A DNA stretch of 64,000 nt, from the NCBI GenBank assembly GCA_964016885.1, contig OZ024740.1, positions 74,462,001 to 74,526,000 of the forward strand, given 5' to 3'. The translations under genes were made by a program, and so were the position numbers. Under the pieces are notes generated by a model. It searched no databases. It was not told the DNA's origin and saw nothing but the letters and a program-made list of their open reading frames with translations. Below are positions 63,566 through 64,000 of this stretch, one piece after another; the stretch's first letter is position 1; the number at the start of each line of letters is the position of its first letter. The DNA comes from Eledone cirrhosa (taxonomy: Eukaryota).

Positions 63566-64000
63566 ATGAAGACGTTGCATCTCAGAGTTGCAACACTTAA
63601 TGTTGGCACTCTCATAGGTAGATCTGCTGAAATAGCGGAGATGCTGGAGAGAAGGCATGTGGATGTGTGCTGCATGCAAGAGGTGAGATGGAGAGGTGCC
63701 TCTGAGAGACTAGTCGTAGGCAAACATCTTAGCTATAAGCTTTTCTGGGAAGGTAAGGATGATGGGTTAGGGGGAGTAGGCATTTTCCTGGCTAAGAGAT
63801 GGATCAATAAGACAATAGAGGTAGTTCGAGTTAGTAATCGAATAATTAAGCTTAGATTATTTGTAGGCAGGAGACTACTGACAATCATCTCTGCCTATGC
63901 TCCCCAAGCAGGCCTAGGCAAAGAAGAGAAAGACTGCTTTTACGAGCAGCTTTTACAAACAACCGCAATGACAGGACGGAGACATCGTTATGCTAGCAGG
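63566..64000 (+). mobile_element. RTE LINE ORF 5' end (AP endonuclease), open to the window edge
   Basis: MKTLHLRVATLNVGTLIGRSAEIAEMLERRHVDVCCMQEVRWRG...GGVGIFL...TIISAYAPQAG...FYEQL; no stop before 64000. Confidence 0.9.

Overview
AT-rich, repeat-dense animal genomic DNA. The long (TA)n tracts and the RTE LINE and tRNA-SINE families suggest an octopod cephalopod (inference). Two host genes lie on the minus strand. The first is a complete 14-coding-exon ZPR1 (ATG 43155 to TAA 20646, 442 aa by hand splicing), whose model needs two minor-spliceosome (U12) introns, one AT-AC and one GT-AG. The second is the first two exons of a Selenoprotein S-like gene (ATG 10918), with the rest presumably left of the window. 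The remainder is transposon-derived: many RTE LINE fragments carrying a PHD-like finger inside the RT domain, a CR1-clade LINE just upstream of SELENOS, a Gypsy pol remnant, a 2-kb non-autonomous LTR element with a tRNA-Trp PBS and ATAT TSD, non-autonomous Helitrons, mariner/piggyBac/hAT-like MITEs and SINEs. Notable items are a sense-strand hammerhead ribozyme fold in ZPR1 intron 10, an intronic minisatellite amplified from the ZPR1 exon-4 splice acceptor, and a 3.6-kb tandem duplication that starts at a Helitron 5' end and stops at a downstream CTAG. All coordinates were read by eye, and repeat boundaries are approximate.
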